From Callorhinchus milii (taxonomy: Eukaryota): DNA of 64,000 nucleotides. A model generated the notes under the pieces. That model ran no database searches, was not told where the DNA came from, and saw only the letters and a program-made list of their open reading frames with translations. Within the stretch, counting starts at the first letter, position 1. Every line of letters begins with the position of its first letter. The position numbers and the translations under genes were made by a program. The stretch lies in NCBI RefSeq assembly GCF_018977255.1, contig NW_024704749.1:3038001-3102000 (forward strand), read 5' to 3'. Shown here in pieces: positions 51,301 to 64,000 of this stretch.

Positions 51301-54300
51301 GACTGTCCAGCACTTTGCTACGTCATCCCAATATGAAACACATTACATAAATGATTTTTTTATTGCAGTTTTCAGTCATTATCAGTGACTTTTATTGCGG
51401 TGGAGCGCCTGCCATTACGACTAACCTAATTTGACAGTCTAAAATATACTGTTTGGGAGGTATCTCATCACAAAGGAATCCCCACTAACCTCATTTCTCC
51501 CACAACCCTCCGCCTGCTGGAAGGGTTGACACGAGTTGGAGATTCAGTGTCCAACAAGCACAGTTTTCAACATTCATTGGGTAAACAGCTAATACCAGGA
51601 AGTCCATCTGAACCTGTGCATTACCATGTGAAACGTTTGAGAGCATCACTACCATTCTCCTGACCAAAGTGTTTCCAAAGTTAACACTAACAACGGAGAA
51701 TACACTACCTGGTATAATTAAACTTCTGATGTGCATATGTCCTCAGGTGGCACCAAACAGGATATTCTACAGTAAATAATTCATACAATCTAATACTAAA
51801 TTGAGCATCTGTCATGATTTCTACCGAATAATCCAGGGCTGTCATCACTGAGGTTAGTGGTGCATTATCAGAAGTTTCATTTCATGAATCATAAATAATA
51901 AATAACAATAATCCTTGCATTCAATATAGCGCTTTTCCCGTCTTCTCGACATCCCAAAGCGCTTCACAGAATATACTGTAAAGTGAATTGACTGTGTATT
52001 TGTGGGCGAACGCGGCAGTCAATTGTGCACAGCAATGTCCCACAAACAGTCATGGATTGAAAATGACCTATTTATTATTGTTTTTTTGTTTTTTGGAGGG
52101 ATTATTATTAGGTGTGTGGAGTAAGGAAACTTGCCCAAGGTTTCGCCCTGTCTGGAATTGAAATCAGGTCTCTCACTTGCCCTCCACGCAGAGAAGCGTC
52201 TCAGGGCGCTTGATTTCTTCTGCGACAAATTGCTGCTCTTATATCTACTGTGTTTGGATGCAAAAACAGTCACTACACGTAGGAACCAAGTGAGTTGCTT
52301 TCATAAGAGTAGACAAATGAAAGTGTCACTCATTCACAATTGTTGTCTCTGTGAGAGTGAGGGAACTGTTTCATTTATTGTGAGACAGTGCCCTCTACGG
52401 ATCGAATGTGTGAGTTGAACATGATTCTCCTGCTCCTCGCTTTGGTCTCGTATTTCATAAAATACGAGTACTTGGGTAGAAATACAAGATGGGTCAAAAG
52501 GTACTCTATTAAACTATTATATGAAAGTTATCAACGTGTTAATTCATATTTAACTTTGAGAAGCGCTTTCTGTAGTTCAATAGACCCAGGGGTGGAATTT
52601 CTACTGACATATTAGCAAATATCACGAAGTTGATTTCTTTATTTCTCATGTGAACAGCAAGAGGGGTAACACTCCTTGTTTGATGCTACTGACGTCCTTA
52701 CAATTATGCCGATACCAAAGGAAAAAAATGATAATACTTGAACATATATAGTTATATTATTATCGTTAAAGCGATATACCAAATATCTTTTTCTAAAACC
52801 AACACTTTATGCCGTATCGAAATGTATTCTCAGTGGGATACAGATATTGCGACCACTAAAATCAAATATAAAGTGTTCTTCAAAGATGGCCAAAATAACC
52901 TGTTGAATTCTCCCACCACACCTCCCCCCCCCCCCCCCCCCCCCCTCAAAGAACAAATAACATTTGCAGTTTCGACTCACAAATTAGCGCATGATTCAGA
53001 ATGCATAAACATAGATGTCAGACCTGGTTGGTTCTCATAACCATCAATAAATGCAAATTTGCAGATTAAGAGAGTAGTAAACTATATCTTGTGAATGTAG
53101 AAAGCACTCCGCTTACTGTCGGTTGTGTTGAGCGATGCAACAATCATGGGTCTTATTGGTTCCTTCAATTGTACTATTCAGTTCTAATGAATTAATTCTC
53201 CCGATTCAAACATAAATAGCGATTATTACACTATCCACGTTTAGGGGTTAATTTCACATGAGATTGATAAATTTACGATTATAGAAGATTATTGAAAAAT
53301 TTTTGTAAGCTACTGTACTACAAATTACCGGCTCATCCTGGAATATTGCAGATATGTTGTTGTCTAGTTATCCTCCTATCATATTTTCAATTAAATAATC
53401 CAATGTTTTATACTTATTTAAATAATGATCTACAACGATACAGAGAATAATAACGATACAGCTTTCAAGGTACAACAAGGGGAAAACATTAACATGAAAT
53501 AATGCAAACTTGAGCTGTTGAAATAAACTGCAGTGACAACTGCAGGTGTTAAACCGTCATCGAAATGCTGCAAAGAGAAAGTTGGTTTCTCGACAGCAGG
53601 ATCGGGGCACTCCGGTACCCACAAGATGGGGGAGGGGGAGGGGTGGGAGGTGATGGGAGGTGGTGTCGGGGGAGGAACATTCTCCGGTAAATCCTCCATG
53701 AGCTTTTGGGGGAGGGTACATTTTCTCGTTTCATTTGCATCTGATTGCCTGATGGACAGCAGCTTTTAAATATGATGTTACTCCTTTTGGCAAAATAAAA
53801 GCTTAGCGTGAAGATTGTATTAAGTAAAAATGGTTACGTATACACGTTTATTTAGTTCTATAGACATTGGTGGGCTGCAGAGGGAGGGGGCAAAATTAGT
53901 TCAGTGAATGAGCTTCTAAACCATCGGTGGATGTTTGCTAATTTTGGCGCAGAATATTTCACATGTGTTTCGTCTGTCAGAAGGTTCATGATTTCATTTT
54001 TAACGTTGTGCAATAGTTTAAATTCACATGACTTTTAATTCATTTGCAGTTTAATTTCAAAGTTGGTTGTTTTTCACGAACCTCATGAAACGGCTCTCAG
54101 ATAACGACCGCAATTTACAGTTTTCCCAAATTCTGCGCAATAAGTTTAAATTTTAGGACGCAATAGTTTGGGGGCTCCAATTAATTAAACGCAATTACAG
54201 TCGCTGACGCCTCTGTGCCACACTGGAGAAGATGTCAGAGGCAGGACAGCAAGATGCTGAATGTGTTATTCGTGTTCCTTTGTGTGTGTATAATTTTATG

Positions 54301-54785
54301 GTGGCATACTGCTTCCCGTATGACGGCATTCTGTAGATTTGCCATTTTATTGCATACTTAACGTTTATCTAAATATTCATAAAATAATAATAAAAAATAA
54401 ACTTAATTGTTTTGGAAAAAAAAAGAATGATATCAAAAAAACAAAATGGAAGAAAAAGAGACGATGCACAGAGGACAATGGAATAGACATTTTATTAAGC
54501 TGTGGCATATGGTATTTCTGAAATTTTACACAATGGGTTTGATCATTGACGCGTGACCACATTGCAAGATACAACCATTCCATTCCAGAAAATTGTCAAA
54601 TATTATTCTTTCCGGTTTTAAGGCAATATTTGAAACATCTAAACGCTATTTACTTCGGTTGGGAAATTTATCGAAAGTGTTTACAAAGCGAATCTGTTAC
54701 TCAATTTGGACATTCCTGGTAAAATGAACTTCAATTTCAAAATACCACAAAAGTAGACATTCGATTAGCGCTCCACATTCTTGAT

Positions 54786-55108
54786 TTAGGTACAACTGGA
54801 TCTGGCGATGCTTTTTTCGAGCGGAGTGGCCAGACTCTCGTGTTTGACCACACAGGAATACAGGTCGTGTGACTCCCACTCGGAGGTTGGCAGAGTCAGA
54901 TAACTGCTCACACTGTACGTGTTGTCCGCCTGCTGTTTGATCGCACTCGTTTCCACACCTTCACTTCTGGCACTGCCATCCACAGTCCACTCGACCTCCA
55001 CAGCTCCCGGAATAAAATCATTCACCAGACACACCAGGGTCGCCTTGCTCTTTGCTGTGATTTGATCTGGTGAAGGCGGAAGGACAGTCACCGACGGGCC
55101 CTGTGGCT
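54786..55108 (-). CDS. IGLC: Ig lambda-like C exon, cluster 5
   Basis: AG acceptor at 55110-55109; (K)PQGPSVTVLPPS...RSSCT*. Confidence 0.97.
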
Positions 55109-55330
55109 CTGGAAGGAAAGAATTAGTATTCAGATCATGTCTACTACATGATGAAGTAAAATGGTTGAAATTATTTTTCTTAGTATCTTAAGATTACAAT
55201 CGTTCTGTTCAATCGCACGACACAACTTCAAGATCGTAATTAACTACAACAATACAGTAATTCACATTCGCGTAAATGTTAAAACATTTTCTTGTCTATT
55301 GACGGTACTGTTCAATTGTGACAAGGTCTA

Positions 55331-55666
55331 ACAATTATAATAATAATAATGATAATGATAATCCTTGCATTTAATATAGCGCTTTTCACGTCGGGAGGAC
55401 CTCCCAAAGCGCTTCGCAGAACACACTGTAAAGTGAGTTGACTGTATATTTGTGGGCGAACGTGGCAGCCAATTGCGCACAGCAATGTCCCACAAACAGT
55501 CGTAGATTGAAAATGACCAATTTATTATTGTTTTTGGTTTTGGAGGTATTATTATTATGTGTGTGGAGTAAGGAAACTTGCCCAAGGTTTCGCCCTCTGC
55601 CTGGAATTGAACTCAGGTCTCTCGCTTGCAAAGCGAGTGCTCAACCACTGAGCTACAGGACTCCAC
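55331..55666 (-). mobile_element. Young SINE in the J-C intron of cluster 5, with a small target-site deletion
   Basis: Full tRNA head with anticodon arm CTCGC-TTTGCAA-GCGAG. It replaces about 27 nt (TCTATATCAAGGGAACATTCAGTGCTG) present at about 42025-42051. Confidence 0.9.
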
Positions 55667-57147
55667 GGGTGACGACTGATAGACAAATGTCTGGGGGCTG
55701 CTCATCATATACACTTCATTATTATACATACTATCATGAGTTGGCGGATGAGTAGTTAAATGGGGACCACATGTTCAAATATTCCTGTACTGAAGAAATT
55801 AAATCTTGCAATCGACAGAAATAACACCAGACACTAATATATCCCGTCACAGGGAGTATATGACGGGAACACCTGATTGAAAGCGCAGTAACACATTGTT
55901 GTTATTTCAATCCATTGTTTCCTTTCACAGAAGAGAGAACGTGTAGCAAATGGATATAAATATCTGGCTGTGTTTTCAATTGAACACCCAATTGCGACTA
56001 ATTCAATGTAAATATAAATATGCATTATTCGGCTTTAAATCCAATTATGCGCAATCTGACCTTCCTTGACAACGGAACTGTCTAATCTAATCTAATCTTT
56101 GAGTGATGTTTAGGATTTGAAAAATCGCCATTCACTAATGTAGGTCGGTTGTTACTGATACATCAAAATGTTATTAGTTATCAATACAATCAGAATATTA
56201 GTAATTCTCAAGATCAAATTGAATCTTTTTGCAGCGACTATAACATATGGATAAAAATAACAGCCAAATGCTTTCACCCCAACTAACCAGTTCCACCAAT
56301 GATTTTTTTTACAGGCACCGGCAGCAGATAGTAAGAAGGTGAAAATTTCTTTTCACCAAACACTGAACACAGAAAATCATTTTAGGAGCACAATCAGATT
56401 CCAATATTTCAATCACTGAGGAGAGTAACTTCACAAGTTTTCAATAATTAATTGCTACCGTATTAACTGAATTTAGTTCCTAATTAATGGTGGTCTGGAG
56501 TTACGGTTATTACATAGGTCGAGATCCCTTTCACATCACAACTAATAGGAAACGATAAAGTTAATTTCCAAAGGAGAAAATATATTTTGTGTGTTGAGCG
56601 GATTCAGCGTCTCTCGGACTGTGTCTTCTCTCAGCGATGATCATATCTGAACAATTACAACAACTTATGGTGGAACATGTGACATTACTGAATCTTTGCT
56701 GTTCGTTGTAATTGTGCTCCCCTTAGTGACATGAAACACGGAATTGGAAGAAAATAAAATATTTTAATAAACCCGAAAATCTGCGGAAAATGTTAAAATA
56801 GAAGCGATTGTTAACGGGAGGAATACTATTTCCACGTCATACTATTCCTCTGAGACTTTCTACATTTGCTGGTTTTCTGCACTATCCGTCCTAATTTTTC
56901 ATAGATTCTCATTTAAACTCAGGATTCGAGTGTTTGATTCTTCAAAATATCCGATTCCCAAATAAAACGTTTATCATTGCGATGATTACGGCCAACTGCA
57001 AATATTACCAGAACTGAGTGAAACAGAATCCAACACAGATAAACATACAGTTATACCTTGGAATACTTGAAGGAGAACCAGATCAAAATAATTATGGAAA
57101 AGTAGAAACAACCACATGGAAAGTGTACAATGTCAAAGAACACTTAC

Positions 57148-57477
57148 TTTTCAAACTCAGCTTCGTCCCTTTACCGAAAGTAAGATCTGCTTTACAGTAA
57201 TAATCGGCGGCGTCCTCCGGTTGCACACCGCTGATGGTTAAATGCATGGCGTTGCTCGATGAATCCACAGAACCAGTGAATCGATCAGGAATTTCCGGAC
57301 CTCTGGTGGAGTCCTCATACCAAACAAACAGAGGGGCGCCGTCAGGCTTCTGCTGGTACCAACTCGTGTAATAGCTGCCGATGCTGCCTCCGGACATGGT
57401 ACAGGTGATCTTGACGGTGTTTCCCGGGGAGGATGAGATGGATGGTGGTTGAGTCAGGGTAAAAGCTCCGGCTGTGC
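57148..57477 (-). CDS. IGLV: Germline-joined VJ exon, cluster 5 (CDR3 KADLT)
   Basis: Open V frame into [10 protein letters not shown]; donor at 57147. The spliced product is 233 aa. Confidence 0.97.
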
Positions 57478-57567
57478 CTGGAGAGATAAAAATTGATAAA
57501 TAGGTCAAATTGTTGAACTGTACAAAGTGAGTTCAATTCAAATCAATGCGGATTCCGCAGCGCTTAC

Positions 57568-57616
57568 CATGGAGACACAGGAGCAAAGCGGCCAGAACTC
57601 GGAGCCAATTGCCCAT
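57568..57616 (-). CDS. IGLV: Leader exon, cluster 5 (MGNWLRVLAALLLCLH)
   Basis: ATG at 57616, GT donor, 90-nt intron. Confidence 0.93.
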
Positions 57617-57708
57617 CGTGAACAATTTGATGAAGATCAGAGAGATGAGGGATGTTCCTGACAAAATCCGCTTTTCTGCTTCTTTCTAAACTTCTCCTTA
57701 AGAACCAT

Positions 57709-57751
57709 CAGGTGATGTAAGTCCAATTAAATTCTTAAATTATGCAAATCA
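57709..57751 (-). promoter_or_regulatory. VL promoter, cluster 5 (octamer 57742-57749, E-box 57709-57714)
   Basis: Same motifs and spacing as the other clusters. Confidence 0.88.
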
Positions 57752-60700
57752 CCATCCAGGTTGCATCGTCCAATTAGGAGTCCCTTTTCCGAACAGTATA
57801 TTGAAGATCATGCAGATTTGATTCATTTTGCTGCCCATTTTCGAAAACATATTTCACGGTAATGTTGCATAACATTTCAGGCTGAAGACTTTGATTGAAT
57901 GAAGCTCATTTACAGTTCTAGTAGGAAATAAAGATTTTTTAAACAGCACAAACTTCAAATTGTTTTTGCAGAATCATGGAAAAGTCTTCTTCCATTATTC
58001 GGATATTTCATGGCTTTGTACCAGATCAATCCTGCAAGATCTCTTCCTCTGATTCACAGAGAATTACATTTTTGCGGAGCTTGTTCCATGTTGGATAATT
58101 TGTAGTTGCGAGCGTTTCATCGTTTCATTCAGTTGCAGATTACACACTGACATGCCACACTTGGCCTGATGCAGACCTGCACAGAAAGGTACAGTTTACA
58201 GCTGTTGCCAGCCTTCCTCAAATTATATATACGGATTATAGATTTTTGAAAATATAAATTCTCCAAGTCTCCCTTTGGCAGAATATCAGTTTCATTCACG
58301 GATCTAGAAAACTTCTATCACGAAACGTTATCAACGCTGAAGGGAGCCATAGCTCTGTTGATCAATAATAATAATAATCCTTGCGTTTGATAATCCTTGC
58401 ATTTCACGTCTTCTATATATCTCAAAGCACATCGCAGAATATACTATGAAGTGAAATGACTGTATATATGTGGGCCAAGTGCGGCAGCCAATGCTGCACA
58501 GCAATGTCCAATAAACAGCCGTGGATTGAAGTGACCAATTTAATATTGTTTTTTTCTTGATGGATTATTACCAGGCGTGTGGAGTAAGGATACTTGCCCA
58601 AGGTTTTGCGCTGCCAGGAATTGAACCCATGTTTCTCGCAAGCAAGGAGAGAGCTACAGGACTGCAGCCAGGAGGATAGCTGCGCATTTAGAGGTCGGTG
58701 TTTATGATATAAAATTGTCGTAAGTGTTGTTCCTATTCGTAACATCGAATGGGAACGCCACATATGACACATACAGTGGCCAGGCCTTGGCTGCAGCCCA
58801 CCAGGACCAAATAGTTCCCAGAATCAGGAAATTGATGTGACAAGGAGAGAGGGGCTATGGAATTCCATCCCAGTCACGGGGAAGTTGCTGCTCTAATGTG
58901 ACACAAGTGCATCGCCAATAGAATGTTACAGCGACTGTCGTATGTTATCCCCCCATCCTACACACACACACACACACACACACAGACACACACACACACA
59001 CACATACACACACACACATTTTTCTAGAGACACTTGTTGAAGGAAAAAGATAGGTTTGAGTAGACATTATGAACGCGTGACTTGAGCATATTTTGAATTA
59101 GACAATGATAAACGACTAGCAATTTCTCACGTCAAATATTAAGTGAATTTATTAATATCTTCACACAGGAATCCGGTAACGGCTCTGATACCATTCCCCA
59201 TTTGCGTATACTTTACATTTTGTTTCTTTTAACCAAAATACTGGGAAGAGGCTATATTGTGTGGAAAGGTTTGCACATTAGTATCTTGATAAATTTCCAA
59301 TCAAATGTTAGATAATATTTCATACCATTTTTCTCATCTTATCTTGGGAAAGAAACTCACACTAAATATGATTGCAATGAAGGTTGGATTCCCTATATTT
59401 AAATAAACCACAACGAATTACAGTGTCCCTGCATCATTTTGCTCTATATTGCTGGTGGTTTTCTGATAAAACGTTAATACTTGTAAATCTATATTTCCTT
59501 CCAGGGAACAGAGATCCAATGGCATCAAAACACAAGCACTCAATTCCCATCTTCTGGACCTGTTGCCCGCGGCTCTAATGTGATGCACTATGGAACGAGA
59601 ATTGAAAAAGGAGATTTGTGTTGCTCAACCCGCTGATGGAAGAAAAGTGCTGATTCCACCAGTGTTCCCACTCGCTTGTATTGAATTCTGAGTATGCATT
59701 GCTCCAATACTTTTTTGTTACACGTGAACGTTAAATGGCTTTTATATGCGTAGAAATTCACAACAGCCTTCATTTTAAAAAAAGTAATCCTGCAGTACAT
59801 GTATTCTGTTAGAAATTAAATACATGGATAATAATACTTTTGAGAAAACCTTTTCATAACAGGAGGACGATTCATGATTCTTCATTGAATATACTAGGTA
59901 TAGATTGTAGGCAAATGTGGCAGTCAATTTGAGCATAGTAATATCTCCCAAACAGCCTTGAAGTGAATGGTAATTATATATTAGGGAATTGTTGGACAGG
60001 ACACCAGATGTTTTCTTCTTCATTTGCATTGTGACATGCAATCCTTAAAGTTCACATGAATAAGAAAATGTGATTTTGTTTAAATTTCTCATCCAAAAAA
60101 TGGCACCTCCAACAATGCAGGGCGTCCACATCATGATATTGCAGCAGGTAATTTACTCAAAGCTGCAATTTTGTTATCGTTTTTAAATCACTTACATTAT
60201 AATGCATTTACATTATACTTTTTTATCCTTTTAATATACCTTCTATATCTTTAATATCTCTGCCTCCACCCTCAACTCCAGGACGGCTTGTGTCCTGACC
60301 GACTGCCTATCCGACATCTTTGACCCTGAACTGTTTTTTCTTTCCCACATCCACGCCATGACACCCACTGCCTAACCCGCCTCCACAACATTGCCAGACT
60401 CCGTCACTGCCTCACCCCTCAGGCTGCTGAAACCCTTATACTTCATCACATCGAGGCTCAATTACCGAAACTCCCGCCTCATCGGCCTTCCCAACTCTTC
60501 CATTTACAAGCTGCAGATCATTCAAATCTCTGGAGCTCGAGTACTCTCGTGCACCAGGCTCTGTGACCCCATCACTCCCACCCACACCTGATTCCACTGG
60601 CTCCCCATCCCTCAGAGGATCGAATTCAACATCCTCGCCCTCACTTTCAAGGCCATCCATGGCCTTGTCCCCTCCGACGCAGCTGACCTGGTGATGCTCC

Positions 60701-63700
60701 CCAACCTGCCCGCTCCCTCCATTCAGAAGCCTCCGGGCTGCTCCTGATCTCCCAGCCGGCCCACCCTACCATCAGTGGCCGGGCTTTCAGCCTCTCTGCC
60801 TTCACAATTTGGAACTCCATCTCATAGTCCCTGAGCCTCGCTTCCTACCTTGCCTCCTTCAAGGCTGGTCTCAACACCCTTCTCTTCGATTGTGCCTTTG
60901 GTTGCCCTCCCACCTCTCTGAATTCCCTCACTCCTCCCCCATGCTCGGGTCCGACTCCTGTCTCTTCAGCGTTTTGGGAAGTTCTCTAGTCGTACATGTA
61001 ATTTATTGTTGCTGCTGAAGGAAGAAAAGTACTCAAGTGTAGTTTTCCATTAGCGTTCCCAGTCGCTTGTATTCAACGCTGTGTATGTGCCGATCCAATG
61101 TACGTTTGTGATCAGTAAATATCAAATGGCTCGAAAATGCAGAGAATCATAGAGCAGACTTCATTTTAAAAAGTACTCCTACAGTGTAGGTATTGTGCTA
61201 GAAAAGAAATACATAGATAATAATACTTATCAAGACATCCTCATCATTGCATTGCAGCAGTTAATTTACTCAGGTCTTCAGTTTTGTTAGTATTATTTTG
61301 GGAACAGTTCAAATTTCCACTTATTCACAGGATGTAGAAACATGTCATTGGAGGTAAGAACCGTGCCATTCAGCCCATCCTACATATACCCTCATTTTGA
61401 AGGACAGTTGATTTACAAATAATGATGCGTTCCAGCCTTTCCTCTGTATTCCTCGATATTTTTGTTTTTCAGTGATCAAGTCCTGGATGAGAGCTGACTT
61501 ACTCCACTTAAAAGTTGAAAGGGTGGAGACCCTCTTGCTTGACTTCAGTCAGCATATCCTGACCCCAGGCTCTTACAACGTCGCTATTGGCATATGGACT
61601 TTTCATCTCACAGATCCAATATCGATTCTTGGTGTCATGTTTGACCCTCATCCATCCTTTATCCCCATATTGGTGCTACGAATCATTCTGCTTTTCCACA
61701 CATTGACTACATTGTCCAACTCTGCCACTGCCTCTACCCTCATTCTGCCAAAACCCTAACTCATGCACTGATCTCGTCCAGGCGGGTGGATTTATGTTAA
61801 ACCTCTGCTAACTGGATTTTCCAACTCTTCCCTCCATAGGTTAAAGATCATTCAGAACTCTGCAACTATCCCTCACCAAGCTCCATGAAATGATCAACCA
61901 CAACTACACAGAGCTTTACTGGCTCTCTGAGTCCAAGAGGAACAAGTTCAAGACCCTCATCCATACAATGAACGCCCACTACTTTTTTACTTAGCAGCTT
62001 AGCGGGCACTGGTCTGCACTATGTCGACCACCCCACCATAAGCAGAAAGCCATGTTAGTCTCCGTAATGGAGAGTATGCAACCCAGTAAAATTAAACTGA
62101 TAAAAAGGTACAGTATATTCCCTTTGGTGGCACCAAACAGGATAATTTGTAATGAATAAATGATGCAACACACTATCAAATTGGATGTCTGTCATGATTT
62201 TTATCTGCTAATCTGGGACTGACACTGCAGTGCATTACTGAAGGTAGTGGTGCCTTTTTGCCCCTAAACTCTAGAACTCCATTCAGGAATCTATTCCGCT
62301 TTCCCTGTCCTCCGTCGGTGAATGCTAACTCAACTCCTTTCTCTTTGATTGTACCTTAGTCATCCTTCCATCTCATCCCCGTTGATTCAAATCGCAGCTC
62401 TGGTGCAAATGTTTGACTGTCCAGCACTTTGCTACGTCGTCCCAACATGAAACATATTACATAAATGCATTTTTTTATTCCAGTTTTCAGTCATTATCAG
62501 TGACTTTTATTGTGGTGGAGCGCCTGCCATTACGATTAACCTAATTTTGACAGTCTAAAATATACTGTTTTGGAGGTATCTCATCACAAAGGAATCCCCA
62601 CTAACCTCATTTCTCCCACAACCCTCCGCCTGCTGGCAGGGTTGACACGAGTTGGAGATTCAGTGTCCAACAAGCCGAGTGCTCAGCATTCATTGGGTAC
62701 GCAGCTAATACCAGGAAGTCCATCTGAACCTGTGTATTACCATCTGAAACGCTTGAGAGCATAACTACCATTCTCCTGACCAAAGTGTTTCCAAAGTTAA
62801 CACTAATAACGGAGAATACACAACCTGGTAAAATTAAACTTCTAATGTGCATATGTCCTCAGGTGGCACCAAACATGATATTCTACAGTAAATAATTCAT
62901 ACAATCTAATACGAAAATAAACATCAGTCATGATTTCTATCGAATAATCCAGGGCTGTCATCACTGAGGTTAGTGGTGCATTATCAGAGGTTTCATTTTT
63001 TGAATCATAAATAATAAATAATAAACCTTCCATTTGATATAGGATTTTCATGTCTTCTAGAAGTCTCAAAGTGCCTCACAGAGTAGACTGTAAAGTGAAC
63101 TGACTGTATACTTGTGGGCGAAATGCAGCAGCCAATTGTGCACAGCAGTGTCGCACAAACATTTATGGATTGAAATGACCAATTTATTATTGTTTTCTTT
63201 CTTGAGGAATTATTATCAGGTGTGTGGAGTAAGGGAACTTGCTCAAAGTTTCACCCTGCCAGAAATCAGACCGAGGTCTCTCGTTTGCAAACTGAGAGCT
63301 CTCGCCGCTCAGCTACAGGACTCCACAATAAGATGCTAAACTAAGCTGCTATTTCTTCAGGTAGACATAAATGTTTCTGTCACATTAATTGAAAAGCAAA
63401 AGAGTTTAGTTATACATAAGTAAAATTATTTTTTCAGTTCTAGATTCAAAAACAACTATAATTTCCAAATATATAATAAATAATAATAATCCTTGCATTC
63501 GATATAGCGCTTTTCACATCTTCTAGACGTCCCAAAGCGCTTCACAGAATATATTGTAAAGTCAATTGACTGTATATTTGTGGGCGAACGCGGCAGCCAA
63601 TTGCGCACAGCAGGGTCCCACAAACAGTCATGGATTGAAAATGACCTACTTATTGTTTTTTTGTTTTTTTGAAGGGATTATTATTAGGCGTGTGGAGTAA

Positions 63701-64000
63701 GGAAACTTGCCCAAGGTTTCGCCCTGTCTGGAATTGAACTTAGGTCTCTCACTTGCCCTCCACGCAGAGAAGCGTCTCAGGGCGCTTGATTTCTTCTGTT
63801 ACAAATTGCTGCTTCTAATATCTACTGTGTTTGGATGTAAAAATAGTCACTACACGGAGGAACCAAGTGAGTTGCTTTCATAAGAGTAGAAAGATGAAAC
63901 TGTCACTCATTCACAATTGTTGTCTCTGTGAGAGTGAGGAAACTGTTTCATTTATTGTGAGACAGTGCCCTCTATGAATCGAGTGTGTGAGTTGAACATG

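Larger units (their letters stand above)
1..64000 (-). repeat. Tandem segmental duplication array, about 10-13 kb unit (C stops at 7106, 17415, 30327, 41486 and 54786)
   Basis: Exons, introns and most spacer blocks recur in the same order and orientation in every unit. Confidence 0.95.

Noticed and set aside
1-64000. CRISPR arrays, prokaryotic operons or rRNA genes
   Set aside because: None seen; the repeats are vertebrate retroposons and segmental duplications.

Overview
Eukaryotic DNA, almost certainly from a cartilaginous fish (shark, ray or chimaera; inferred from the gene type and repeat families). The window is a head-to-tail tandem array of immunoglobulin light-chain clusters of the lambda-like (type II) class, all on the minus strand, with a period of about 10-13 kb. 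Five clusters have intact reading frames: a 49-nt leader exon, a 90-nt intron, a single exon in which V and J are already joined in the germline with no RSS, a 1.6-3.0 kb intron, and a 323-nt C exon. A sixth VJ at 281-593 is a pseudogene that has lost its leader and promoter. Paralogous spacer at both window edges implies that more clusters lie outside. Spacers contain CR1 and L2 LINE fragments and many copies of a tRNA-Ala-derived SINE that shares its 3' tail with L2. Germline-joined type II light chains are known biology. The notable observations here are germline-fixed CDR3s of 5, 9 and 12 aa; patchwork C exons and clustered CDR substitutions between recent duplicates; recurring octamer/E-box modules in the J-C intron and downstream of C (candidate enhancers); and traceable retroposon insertions and recombination deletions that reconstruct the array's history. 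All coordinates were read by eye; repeat boundaries are approximate.
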